Shown here in pieces: positions 31,694 to 40,038 of a stretch of DNA of 64,000 nucleotides. The translations under genes and the position numbers were made by a program. Under the pieces are notes generated by a model. It did not search any database. It saw nothing but the letters and a program-made list of their open reading frames with translations, and was not told where the DNA came from. The stretch lies in NCBI GenBank assembly GCA_016463775.1, contig JAEMQQ010000001.1, forward strand, positions 8,070 to 72,069, in the 5' to 3' direction. Each line of letters begins with the position of its first letter. The stretch's first letter is position 1. The DNA is from Ilumatobacteraceae bacterium (GTDB lineage Bacteria; Actinomycetota; Acidimicrobiia; Acidimicrobiales; Ilumatobacteraceae).

Positions 31694-32473
31694 CTACGAA
31701 GGTAGTGCCACCCGCAATTCTTCGACTGCTTTTGGGCGGTCGCGGGCACGCACGAGGTGTTCGCCGACGAGCACCCCGCGATACCCCGCCGCTGCGCATC
31801 GACGAGCATCGGCGGGCCCCGTGATCCCCGACTCGGCCACCGCCACCACGTCGGTTGGTATGTCAGCCGCCAGCCGCACCGCCCGTTCGGTGTCAACGCT
31901 GAACGAATGCAGATCCCGCTGGTTGACGCCGATGAAGGTGGCCCCCACGGCCAACGCACGCCGCAATTCACCGTCGTCGTGCACCTCGACGAGGGCATCC
32001 AAACCCACCGAGTGGGCAACGTGGTGCAGATGGCCCAACTCGCGATCAGTCAATGCTGCAACGATGAGCAACACGGCGTCGGCACCCATCAACTGCGCGT
32101 CGAGCACATCATGCTCACAGACGGTGAAATCCTTGCGCAAGACGGGCAGCGTCACGCTGTTGCGGGCGGCAAGCAGATCGGCCGTGCTGCCGGCAAAGAA
32201 CTGCTCATCGGTGAGCACCGAAAGACACGACGCCCCACCTCGGGCGTACTCACGTGCTAAATCGGCGGGGTCGATGCTCATGTCGATGTCACCCTTGGAT
32301 GGCGAGCGACGTTTGATCTCGGCGATCACCGCGAGCGTGTCGTATTCGGTCAACGCCCGCACGAACCGACCCGCTGGCGCAGTGCCTGCCTTGGCGCGCA
32401 GGGCGTCGAGGTCACGGGTGTCGTTTGCGGCGCGCTGGCGATGATGGGCGATGATGCCGTCGAGGTACGTCAC
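31694..32473 (-). CDS. trpC: indole-3-glycerol phosphate synthase
   Basis: Motifs IAEIKRRSPSKG, LSVLTDEQFF, LRKDF, LVEVH, IGVNQRDL. Confidence 0.92.
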   Translation of the reverse strand: MTYLDGIIAHHRQRAANDTRDLDALRAKAGTAPAGRFVRALTEYDTLAVIAEIKRRSPSKGDIDMSIDPADLAREYARGGASCLSVLTDEQFFAGSTADLLAARNSVTLPVLRKDFTVCEHDVLDAQLMGADAVLLIVAALTDRELGHLHHVAHSVGLDALVEVHDDGELRRALAVGATFIGVNQRDLHSFSVDTERAVRLAADIPTDVVAVAESGITGPADARRCAAAGYRGVLVGEHLVRARDRPKAVEELRVALPS

Positions 32474-32478
32474 GGGAA

Positions 32479-33786
32479 TCAGAAACCAAAACGTGTCAAA
32501 AAATATCCAAGCAGACCATCGATGGGCACCCGCTCTTGGGTGGTCGTGTCACGGTCGCGGACCGTCACCGCGTTGTCGTTGAGCGTCTCAAAGTCGACGG
32601 TGACACAACATGGTGTTCCGATTTCATCCTGACGGCGGTAACGCCGGCCTATCGCCTGGGTTTCGTCGAAGTCACACATGTACCGCACCGCCAGCGTGCG
32701 AAAGACCTGTTCGGCCACCGGTGACAGCGTGTCTTTTTTGCTGAGCGGCAAGACGGCGATCTGGTACGGGGCGATCCGTGGATGCAGGCGCAACACCGTG
32801 CGTGTCTCGTCATTGACCACGTCTTCGTCGTACGCCGCCAACAAAAACGCGGCCATCGTGCGGTTGACACCCGCGGCAGGTTCGACGACGTACGGCACAT
32901 AACGCTCGTTGGTCGTCGGGTCGAAGTAGTCGAGGCGTTGGCCCGACTGTTTGGCATGTTGGGTGAGGTCATAGTCGGTGCGTTGCGCGATGCCCTCCAG
33001 TTCCCCCCAGCCCCAGGGAAACATGAATTCGATGTCGCAGGTACCCGCCGAGTAATGCGACAACTCGTCTTTGTCGTGCTCCCGCAGGCGCAGCATTTCG
33101 CGCGGAATACCGTGCGTCACGTACCACTCGAGGCGTTCGCTCTTCCAATAGGCGTACCACTGCGCGCTGTCTGCTGGTGGTACGAAGAATTCCAGTTCCA
33201 TTTGCTCGAATTCACGGGTGCGGAAGATGAAATTGCCCGGCGTGATCTCGTTGCGGAATGACTTCCCAACCTGGGCGATTCCGAACGGAGGCTTCTTGCG
33301 ACTCGTGGACAGCACGTTGGCAAAATTGACGAACATCCCCTGTGCCGTTTCCGGACGCAGGTACACGTCGGCACCCGCCCCCTCGACGGGCCCGGCCTGG
33401 GTTTTGAACATCAAATTGAAGGCCCGTGCAGCGGTGAACGTGCAACCCTGCATTTTTTCGGGACAATCACGACTCTCGAGTTGATCTTCGCGGAAGCGTC
33501 GCTGGCACACGGTGCAGTCCACGAGTGGATCACTGAAGTTCGCCAAGTGACCACTGGCCTCGAAGGTCTGCGGTGGGTTGAGAATGGCGGCGTCAATCAG
33601 TACGACATCGTTGCGGGTCTGCACCATTGCGCGAATCCAGGCTTCTTTGACGTTGCGCAGCATCAGCGCCCCGAGTGGGCCGTAGTCGTATGACGAGCGG
33701 AACCCGCCATAAATCTCGGCACTCGGGAAAGCGAAGCCCCGACGCTTCGCCAAGTTGACGATTTGCTCGAGATCCTTTGCTGGCAT
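32479..33786 (-). CDS. glyQS: glycine--tRNA ligase (single-chain dimeric type)
   Basis: N-terminus LAKRRGFAFPSAEIYGG...YDYGPLG, class II core FRNEITPGNFIFRTREFEQMELEFF, and a C-terminal anticodon-binding region. Confidence 0.9.
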   Translation of the reverse strand: MPAKDLEQIVNLAKRRGFAFPSAEIYGGFRSSYDYGPLGALMLRNVKEAWIRAMVQTRNDVVLIDAAILNPPQTFEASGHLANFSDPLVDCTVCQRRFREDQLESRDCPEKMQGCTFTAARAFNLMFKTQAGPVEGAGADVYLRPETAQGMFVNFANVLSTSRKKPPFGIAQVGKSFRNEITPGNFIFRTREFEQMELEFFVPPADSAQWYAYWKSERLEWYVTHGIPREMLRLREHDKDELSHYSAGTCDIEFMFPWGWGELEGIAQRTDYDLTQHAKQSGQRLDYFDPTTNERYVPYVVEPAAGVNRTMAAFLLAAYDEDVVNDETRTVLRLHPRIAPYQIAVLPLSKKDTLSPVAEQVFRTLAVRYMCDFDETQAIGRRYRRQDEIGTPCCVTVDFETLNDNAVTVRDRDTTTQERVPIDGLLGYFLTRFGF

Positions 33787-33803
33787 TGCGTAGATGCTAC
33801 TCG

Positions 33804-34535
33804 TCAGCCAAGTTGCGGGGTTTCAAATAGTGACGACGAACGAATGCGGCGTTCGAGATGATGCTCCATCGCGCGGCGCCCGATCGCGACAACTTCGCGC
33901 ACCACCGAGTCTGGCGTGTCGACACGTCCCAACGTCACGGCAATGCGCCCACCGAGCACGTCCTGTATCACGACGAGCGCCTCCGCCGACACCGTGCCAC
34001 CCCGACGGTGCGCCAGACACTGTGCACCACCGGCGCTCACGTCATAGGCGACCAACTCTTGCGATACGCCACACACGACGCAACGATCGACGCACGGCCC
34101 GACGCCTTCTTCTTCGAGGAGCCGAAACTGCAGGGCCGGCAGAATCAGCGGCTGATAGTGCACGTTCAGTTGCCTGAGTGCACCGACCAACATGCGGTAC
34201 AAATGTGGACTGGGCGACCGATCGTGGGACAACTGCTCGACGATCTCGCACATTGCCAAACCGTCGGTGCTCGCCTCGAGGTTCGCCCGGGTGGAGGTGG
34301 CGATCTCCACCAACTCCACCTGATTCACGATGTCGAGTTCGCGGCCGCGGTAGAGCTGCACCTGCACGTGGCTCATCGGCTCGAGGCGTGACCCGAAGCG
34401 CGAACTCGTCTTGCGCACGCCCTTGGCCACCGCGCGCACCTTGCCCGAGTCTTGGGTGATGAGCGTGACGATGCGGTCGGACTCGCCCAATTTATGGGTG
34501 CGCAGCACCACGCCGACGTCGCGATACACCGGCAT
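33804..34535 (-). CDS. recO: DNA repair protein RecO
   Basis: N-terminal OB region (GVVLRTHKLGESDRIVTLIT...GKVRAVAKGVRK) and zinc cysteines C..C...C. The start ATG shares 1 nt with the upstream stop (TAATG). Confidence 0.88.
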   Translation of the reverse strand: MPVYRDVGVVLRTHKLGESDRIVTLITQDSGKVRAVAKGVRKTSSRFGSRLEPMSHVQVQLYRGRELDIVNQVELVEIATSTRANLEASTDGLAMCEIVEQLSHDRSPSPHLYRMLVGALRQLNVHYQPLILPALQFRLLEEEGVGPCVDRCVVCGVSQELVAYDVSAGGAQCLAHRRGGTVSAEALVVIQDVLGGRIAVTLGRVDTPDSVVREVVAIGRRAMEHHLERRIRSSSLFETPQLG

Positions 34536-35134
34536 TATGAATCAACACCACCGAAACGGCGATCGCGGCGCGTGTAGTCGTTGATCGCCATCTCCAGATG
34601 CTCGGCATCGAGGTCGCGCCACGGAGTATCAAAGAACACGATCTCGGCATAGGCCAGTTCCCAGACGAGGGATTGGGGCATCGTGTCCGGTGGGCCGAGG
34701 ATGATGACGAGGTCGGGTTCTGCGGGTGCCGGCGCGCTCAGGGCGGCGGCCAGTCGGTCTTCGGTAATTTTCGTCACCTGCGCCACCCGCGTGGCTGCGT
34801 CGACCAGACGCTGCTTGCCGTCGCTGTTGAGATCGACGATCACGGTGACTCCGGCGGCCAGCACCACGACGCGCTCGGCATAGTGCACACCACCGCACGA
34901 ATCAACGAGCAGCGACCGCACATGGTCGGCAGACGACGGGCTCACGGTGTCGGGGCTGGCGGTGTCGGGGCTGGTCGTGGCCGGAATGATCGTCACCCAC
35001 GCAGCCCCACCGGTCTTGACGGCTTGCGCAACCACGGCAATCCGTTGTTGCCAGTCGGCAACCGACGAATTCGCCCAATCGCGCAACGAGCCGGCACACA
35101 ACATCACGTGCGACAGTGTCGAGGATGCAGTCAC
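34535..35134 (-). CDS. cis-prenyltransferase (UPPS)-fold paralog with a degenerate active site and a retained C-terminal RFGG tail
   Basis: Aligns with the UppS fold. SHVMLCAGSLRDWA replaces H.A.IMDGNGRWA. DLVIILGPPDTMPQSLVWELAYAEIVFFDTPWRDLD...DYTRRDRRFGGVDS replaces DL.IRT.GE.R.SNFLLWQ..YAE..F....WPDF...RERRFGG. GTG start with GAGGA 7 nt upstream. Confidence 0.7.
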   Translation of the reverse strand: MTASSTLSHVMLCAGSLRDWANSSVADWQQRIAVVAQAVKTGGAAWVTIIPATTSPDTASPDTVSPSSADHVRSLLVDSCGGVHYAERVVVLAAGVTVIVDLNSDGKQRLVDAATRVAQVTKITEDRLAAALSAPAPAEPDLVIILGPPDTMPQSLVWELAYAEIVFFDTPWRDLDAEHLEMAINDYTRRDRRFGGVDS

Positions 35135-35166
35135 CTCTCCATCCTCGCATTTGCAAGTAGTTTCAG

Positions 35167-35874
35167 TTGCACATCATGGGTGTATCTGGCGTCGCCCCAC
35201 CCATCATTGGCCCGCACGTGGCGTGCATCATGGACGGCAACGGTCGCTGGGCCAAACGGCGTGGTCTGCCCCGCACAGCCGGCCACACCGCCGGTGAAGA
35301 AGCGCTTGCAATGACCGTGCGTAATGCAGCACAACGCGGCGTCGGCTGGCTGACAGTCTTTGGTTTCAGCACAGAAAACTGGGTGCGTCCGGCATCCGAG
35401 GTGCGTCACATACTTGGTTTGCACCGCAAGTTATTCGGACGTATTAAAGACCTGAATGAGAACAACGTCCGTGTCAATTGGATCGGGCGGCCGTTCGATG
35501 AGCCCGGATCTCGCACACCGAGCGCGATACAAAAGGCAATCGCGCAGGCCATCGACGACACGAAGCACAACACCGGCATGATGCTCACCGTGGCGTTCGA
35601 CTACGGCAGTCGTGCCGAGATTACCCGTGCCGCACGACGCGCCGCCGAACACAACGACCCGATCTCCGTCGCGACGCTGGCCGACGAACTGTACGACTCG
35701 CGACTTCCCCCGGTTGACCTGCTCGTGCGCACTTCGGGTGAAAGTCGCATTTCGAACTTTCTGTTGTGGCAGTCAACGTCGGCCCGCGTGTACTTCACCG
35801 ATTGCTCGTGGCCCGACTTTGATGCCCACCAGTTGGATCAGGCTCTGGCACTGCTGCGGCGTAGCCCCGCATGA
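35167..35874 (+). CDS. uppS: isoprenyl transferase (undecaprenyl/decaprenyl diphosphate synthase family), catalytic copy, no C-terminal RXG
   Basis: Motifs HVACIMDGNGRWA, FGFSTENW, RTSGESRISNFLLWQ, YFTDCSWPDFD. The protein ends ...ALALLRRSPA. The real start may be ATG 35176 (the track start is a TTG). The stop overlaps the dinG start (ATGA). Confidence 0.9.
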   Translation: MHIMGVSGVAPPIIGPHVACIMDGNGRWAKRRGLPRTAGHTAGEEALAMTVRNAAQRGVGWLTVFGFSTENWVRPASEVRHILGLHRKLFGRIKDLNENNVRVNWIGRPFDEPGSRTPSAIQKAIAQAIDDTKHNTGMMLTVAFDYGSRAEITRAARRAAEHNDPISVATLADELYDSRLPPVDLLVRTSGESRISNFLLWQSTSARVYFTDCSWPDFDAHQLDQALALLRRSPA

Positions 35875-37757
35875 CGCCAGCCGCCCAAAAAGCGTCCGGC
35901 CTACTCGAACGAGTCGTCGCCCTCCTGCCCCACGCCGAGCAGCGTGATGGCCAAACCGACATGGTGCAGCATGTCGCCGATGCCATTGACACCGGTTCCT
36001 CGGTCGTCGTGCAGGCCGGTACTGGTACGGGCAAGACGCTCGGTTATCTGGTGCCGATACTGGCCGCCGGTCAGACGGCGATCATCGCCACCTACACCAA
36101 GGCGCTGCAAGACCAACTCGCCAGCGTCGATCTGCCGCTGCTGCAGGCTGCGTGCGCAGCAGATGACGACTTGGCATTCACGTGGGCGGTGTTGAAGGGT
36201 CGCAACAACTACGTCTGTCGTCAACGTGTGTCAGAAATCGAAACCGGCCATGACCAACTACCGCTGACTGACGTACCGCGCGACGTCGCGCGCGAAATTC
36301 GTCAACTCGTCGAATGGACGGCGACCACCCCGAGCGGTGAGATCTCCGATGTGCCCTTCATCTTCGGGGATGCAGCCTGGCGCAAAGTGAGCCTCGGTTC
36401 CGACGAATGCCCGGGGGCCAGCAAGTGTCAATTCGGTGAGACATGCTTTACCGAACGGGCGCGTGAAAATGCCGGGAATGCCAACGTGGTGGTGGTCAAC
36501 TTCACGCTGTACGGGCTCGACCTCGAACAAGAGCGCCGGTTCCTCCCCGATCATGATGTCGTCGTGTTCGATGAGGTCCATGAATTGGAGGACGTCATCA
36601 GCGACACGTCGTCGGCCACGATCACCGCCCGCATGCTGGCAGCGGCCGCCGAAACTGCGCGGGCCGCCATGACCAGCCAAAAACTGCCGAACGCACTCAA
36701 CAAATCCGCCAAGGAACTCGACGAAGTACTCGGTCGATATGCAGGTCAACGCCTGAGCCAACCATTACCGACCGACATCGACGGCACGTTGCGTAATGCC
36801 AACACCCAATGCGGGGAGATTCTCGAGAAGTTGCGGGCCGCCACCAACGAAACACCCGAGCAGCTCCGCGCCGCCTCAGCCATCGGGCGAATGGTCGATG
36901 CGCTGAACAAGGTGCTCATTCCCGGCTCGAACGTGGTTGCCTTCGTTACCGATGTGCGGGGGGCCCCGCGACTGACGGCAGCACCCAAACGTGTCGACCA
37001 TGTGCTGAGCTGCGTGTGGGCCGATACCACGGCGATTCTGACGAGTGCCACGATTCCGCCAGGGCTTCCCCAGCGCCTCGGTCTGCCTGTGGCTGCCGAC
37101 GACATCATTCGGTTACCGAGCCCGTTCGACTACAAGCGCCAGTCGCTGCTCTACCTCGCCGACGATCTGCCGGTGCCGAACGCACCCGACCGCGGCCCGC
37201 GACTCCAGGAACGAATTCGTGAACTCATCACGATGTCCGACGGGTCGGCACTGGTCTTGTTCACCAGTTGGACGGTGCTGCGCGATACGGCGGCCGCCCT
37301 CGACGGTCAACTGGGTGACGGCATCACGATGTACGTGCAGGACGACATGCCCAAGAAAGCGCTGCTCGATGCGTTCCGTACGAACACCAAGTCGTGCCTG
37401 TTCGCCACACGCGGCTTTTTTCAGGGCGTCGACGTTCCTGGTGACGCGTTGCGTTTGGTGATCATCGACAAGGTGCCGTTCCCGGCGATGAACGACCCGT
37501 TGCTCGACGCCCGACGCGAGGACGTCGGCGACCGATCGTTCATGGTCATCGACGTGCCGATCGCAGCAGCGGCACTCGCGCAGGCTGCCGGTCGATTGAT
37601 TCGAACGGCGACCGACCACGGGGTCGTTGCGATACTCGACCCACGGTTGTCCCAGAAGCGCTACAAGAGTGCCGTACTCAGCGGCGTGCAGCATTTGCCC
37701 GAGACGAGTCGTCTCGTGGAGGTCGAGGATTTCTTCGCCAAGCGGTCAGTTGCCTGA
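35871..37757 (+). CDS. dinG: ATP-dependent DNA helicase, DinG/XPD family
   Basis: Walker A VQAGTGTGKT, DEAH-like VVFDEVHELED, four Cys consistent with the XPD-family Fe-S insert (YVCRQR...SDECPGASKCQFGETC), and C-terminal helicase motifs (FFQGVDVPG, QAAGRLIR). Confidence 0.82.
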   Translation: MTPAAQKASGLLERVVALLPHAEQRDGQTDMVQHVADAIDTGSSVVVQAGTGTGKTLGYLVPILAAGQTAIIATYTKALQDQLASVDLPLLQAACAADDDLAFTWAVLKGRNNYVCRQRVSEIETGHDQLPLTDVPRDVAREIRQLVEWTATTPSGEISDVPFIFGDAAWRKVSLGSDECPGASKCQFGETCFTERARENAGNANVVVVNFTLYGLDLEQERRFLPDHDVVVFDEVHELEDVISDTSSATITARMLAAAAETARAAMTSQKLPNALNKSAKELDEVLGRYAGQRLSQPLPTDIDGTLRNANTQCGEILEKLRAATNETPEQLRAASAIGRMVDALNKVLIPGSNVVAFVTDVRGAPRLTAAPKRVDHVLSCVWADTTAILTSATIPPGLPQRLGLPVAADDIIRLPSPFDYKRQSLLYLADDLPVPNAPDRGPRLQERIRELITMSDGSALVLFTSWTVLRDTAAALDGQLGDGITMYVQDDMPKKALLDAFRTNTKSCLFATRGFFQGVDVPGDALRLVIIDKVPFPAMNDPLLDARREDVGDRSFMVIDVPIAAAALAQAAGRLIRTATDHGVVAILDPRLSQKRYKSAVLSGVQHLPETSRLVEVEDFFAKRSVA

Positions 37758-38435
37758 TTTGAATCGATAGCCAAGACCCCGCGCAGTCGTGATGAACACC
37801 GGCTCGTTGGGGCTGTCCTCCAGTTTTACGCGCAGTCGGCGAATGTGGGCGTCGACCAACCGACTGTCACCCAGATATTCGTAGCCCCAGACGCGTTCAA
37901 GTAGTTGATCGCGGCTCAACACCACGTTGGGGTGATCGGCAAACTCGATGAGCAATCGCAACTCGGTTTTGGTGAGCGCCAGTTCGACACCACCCTTCAG
38001 CGCGATGCCGGCCTCACGGCGTAATTCGATGTCGCCGAATCGCGAGATGTCCGGCATGCGTCCCGAGGTTTCCCGCACGAGACGCCGCAATGAAGCCCGA
38101 ATTCGCGCCGCGAGTTCTTTCGTGTTGACGGGCTTCGTCAGATAGTCGTCCGCCCCTGCCTCGAGACCCGCCACCAAATCGTGGGTGTCGGCCTGCGCCG
38201 TGACCATGATGATCGGCACGCTGCTCTTCAGGCGGATCTCACGACAGACCTCGAACCCGGAGAGATCGGGCAGTCGCAGGTCGAGCAGCACCAGATCTGG
38301 TTGCTCGCTGAGCACCATTGCCAACCCGACCCGTCCGTTCGGTGCCGCCACCACGTCGTAGCCCTCATCTTCGAGCGCCAACCCGAGCGCCACCCGAATG
38401 CTCGGGTCGTCTTCGATCAACAGAATCTTTGCCAT
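37746..38435 (-). CDS. OmpR/PhoB-family response regulator (MtrA-like)
   Basis: Receiver MAKILLIEDDP...LLDLRLPDLSGFEVC...TAQADT..., and winged helix ...VDAHIRRLRVKLE...FITTARGLGYRF. Start taken as ATG 38435. Confidence 0.9.
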   Translation of the reverse strand: MAKILLIEDDPSIRVALGLALEDEGYDVVAAPNGRVGLAMVLSEQPDLVLLDLRLPDLSGFEVCREIRLKSSVPIIMVTAQADTHDLVAGLEAGADDYLTKPVNTKELAARIRASLRRLVRETSGRMPDISRFGDIELRREAGIALKGGVELALTKTELRLLIEFADHPNVVLSRDQLLERVWGYEYLGDSRLVDAHIRRLRVKLEDSPNEPVFITTARGLGYRFKSGN

Positions 38436-38522
38436 ACCCGTGCAGTCTGCCAAGTTCGGCGGCTTTGTTACACAAAACGCACAGGTTCAGCACCGGTACG
38501 TCAAACGCATGGGGCATTCTTG

Positions 38523-38571
38523 CTCTGAGCCGGCGTGGGTCATGCTCCCCCTTGATCCCGCCGGCTCAGAG
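38523..38571. repeat. 13-bp perfect inverted repeat (ctctgagccggcg / cgccggctcagag) with a 23-nt spacer, in the divergent regulator/kinase intergenic region
   Basis: Read directly: 38523..38535 is the exact reverse complement of 38559..38571. The repeat ends 17 nt before the kinase ATG. Confidence 0.75.
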
Positions 38572-38588
38572 TTTCCCCCCAGTGACAG

Positions 38589-40028
38589 ATGCGGGTTCTG
38601 CGCCATGCTGTAGTGGTGTCCGACCTGGTCAAACCACCCTCGGCAAGTTTGCGGTTGCAGGCTCTGCGCCCCCGCCTGCGCACCCGAATCATCGCGTATT
38701 TTTCGCTGGCGACGTTCGTCGGTGTGGTGATGTTGAGCATCGTGACCTTCGCGGTAACGCGGAATTATCTTGTCGACACCGCAACTACGTCTGCCCGGGC
38801 CCAGGCGATCACGAATGCCCAGCTCGTTCGCTCGCTCATCGGCACCTCGCGAACCGATACCGGTGAAGTGGTCACCAATCTGCGCACCGAGTCCGGCGGT
38901 TTTGCCGTGCTGCATCTCGGCACCGAGGATTTGTTCTATGCCCAAGCCCCGTTGCGTTTCACACAGTCGAACCTGCCGTCGGACTTCGTGCGCAACGCCA
39001 TCGCCGGTACGAGCGGTGTGCAGCGGGTGAGTTTTTCGGGGCGTCCCTACGAGGCAGTAGCAATCTCGATTCAGGCGATTGATGCGACCTACTTCGAGGT
39101 GTTTCCGATCAGTGATGTGGCCGACACGCTGGGCACGATTCGCTCGACACTGATCGCCACCGTTCTGGCCATCACGCTCGTGGCGGGTGGATTGGGATTT
39201 TTCCTGAGCGGCAACGTGTTGTTGCCACTGCGCCGCGTCACCCAGGCAGCCAGCACGATTGCCGGCGGGGCGTTGGCTACACGCCTCTCGCCCGAAACCG
39301 ATCCCGACCTGCAGCAATTGGTCGCCAGTTTCAACGGCATGGCTGATGCCGTGCAAGAACGAATCGAGCGAGAAGAGCGGTTTGCCAGCGATGTGAGCCA
39401 TGAATTACGTTCACCGATCACCTCGCTTGGCGCTGCGGTCGGGGTGTTGCAAGGGCGTGCCGAGGAACTCTCCGAGCGCAACCGCACCGCGTTGGAAATC
39501 ATCGCCACACAGGTTCGCCGCTTCGATCGCACGGTGATGGACCTGCTCGAACTCAGTCGCCTCGACGCGCGGGCCGGCCAGGACCAGCCCGAGGAGACCC
39601 ATCTGATGCAGCTCGTCGAACGAATCGCCGTGCGTCACGGCTACGGCGAGGTGTTGGTGGTGTCCGATCTCGGCACGGACGATGTCATCGTGGTCGACAA
39701 ACGACGCATCGAACGGGTGCTCCTCAACCTTCTGGACAACGCCCGCGATCATGCCGGTGGTGCATCGGACATCCTGCTGAGCAGCAACGACAACGAAGTG
39801 CTGATCATCGTCGATGACAACGGTGCCGGTATCGGTGTAAGTGAACGAATTCGTATCTTCGAACGTTTCGCCCGCGGTACGGCGTCACGTAATTCGATCG
39901 GCAGCGGATTGGGACTCGCCATTGTTTCTGAACATGCGCGCGCCATGGGTGGTCGTGCGTTCGTCGACACCTCCCCCAGCGGTGGTGCGCGCTTCGTCGT
40001 GACCATCCCGCGTGCAGACGAGTCATGA
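38589..40028 (+). CDS. sensor histidine kinase (MtrB-like): two TM segments, HAMP, HisKA, HATPase
   Basis: H-box SHELRSPITSL, N-box LLNLLDNARDHA, G1 DDNGAGI, G2 GSGLGLAIV. An N-terminal TM, an extracytoplasmic segment, a second TM and a HAMP-like linker precede them. Confidence 0.9.
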   Translation: MRVLRHAVVVSDLVKPPSASLRLQALRPRLRTRIIAYFSLATFVGVVMLSIVTFAVTRNYLVDTATTSARAQAITNAQLVRSLIGTSRTDTGEVVTNLRTESGGFAVLHLGTEDLFYAQAPLRFTQSNLPSDFVRNAIAGTSGVQRVSFSGRPYEAVAISIQAIDATYFEVFPISDVADTLGTIRSTLIATVLAITLVAGGLGFFLSGNVLLPLRRVTQAASTIAGGALATRLSPETDPDLQQLVASFNGMADAVQERIEREERFASDVSHELRSPITSLGAAVGVLQGRAEELSERNRTALEIIATQVRRFDRTVMDLLELSRLDARAGQDQPEETHLMQLVERIAVRHGYGEVLVVSDLGTDDVIVVDKRRIERVLLNLLDNARDHAGGASDILLSSNDNEVLIIVDDNGAGIGVSERIRIFERFARGTASRNSIGSGLGLAIVSEHARAMGGRAFVDTSPSGGARFVVTIPRADES

Positions 40029-40038
40029 AGTGCCGTTC

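Noticed and set aside
33787-33803. Expected T-box leader before glyQS and Trp attenuator before trpC
   Set aside because: Only 17 nt and 5 nt of intergenic sequence are available, too short for either element.
38487-39401. 304-aa minus-strand ORF
   Set aside because: Antisense to the histidine kinase, which has a complete set of H/N/G boxes. Gly/Arg/Gln-rich shadow.
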